Of a stretch of DNA of 64,000 nt, positions 63,805 through 64,000 are shown piece after piece. Source of the stretch: Callorhinchus milii (Eukaryota); NCBI RefSeq assembly GCF_018977255.1, contig NW_024704742.1, positions 128,156,001 through 128,220,000 on the forward strand. Direction: 5' to 3'. The number at the start of each line of letters is the position of its first letter. Position 1 is the first letter of the stretch. The position numbers and the translations under genes are program-made. Under the pieces are notes generated by a model. It did no database searches and was not told where the DNA came from. It saw only the letters and a program-made list of their open reading frames with translations.

Positions 63805-64000
63805 ATCACCTCCATCACCTCAAGGCTCAACTACGGAAACTCCTTCCTTGTCTTCCCTCCACAAGCTGCAGATCATCCAGAACTCTGTAGCTTGTGTCCT
63901 CTCCTGCAGCAGGCTCCATGACACCATCAGCCCCACCTCCACCCCACTGGCTCCCCATCCCTTGGGATGTCTTCCAACATGAAACCCGCTTTACAAATGT
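63805..64000 (+). mobile_element. Internally deleted L2 3' fragment
   Basis: ITSRLNYGNS, CAGATCATCCAGAACTCT, CACTGGCTCCCC, then tail-B motif. Confidence 0.7.

Noticed and set aside
1..64000. Strand bias of L2 copies as a clue to host transcription direction
   Set aside because: A rough count of about 14 minus versus 9 plus is not a meaningful skew

Overview
Eukaryotic vertebrate genomic DNA with no confidently identifiable host protein-coding exon, consistent with a large intron or gene desert. The repeat content (tRNA-Ala-headed SINEs, DeuSINE/SacSINE-like SINEs, an LF-SINE-like copy, L2- and CR1-clade LINEs) points to a cartilaginous fish. That assignment and all family names rest on remembered consensus motifs, not on a database search, and most repeat boundaries are approximate. 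Almost all ORFs in the track are LINE fragments or SINE read-through. The main object is an apparently full-length (~3.75 kb), single-ORF, disabled L2 LINE at 56601-60355 (minus strand). It keeps its 5' UTR (two tandem CRE palindromes, a GC box, splice donors) and has an N-terminal YxxxxLL motif. It is nested inside an unclassified ~350-bp A-tailed repeat ('family X') that occurs four times in the window. Other leads are a near-perfect 74-bp local duplication, palindromic MITE-like elements, templated hairpin scars, three candidate exons and TAAT-rich candidate enhancers. I found no CRISPR array, genuine tRNA/rRNA gene or convincing new multi-gene system; the findings are hypotheses to test.
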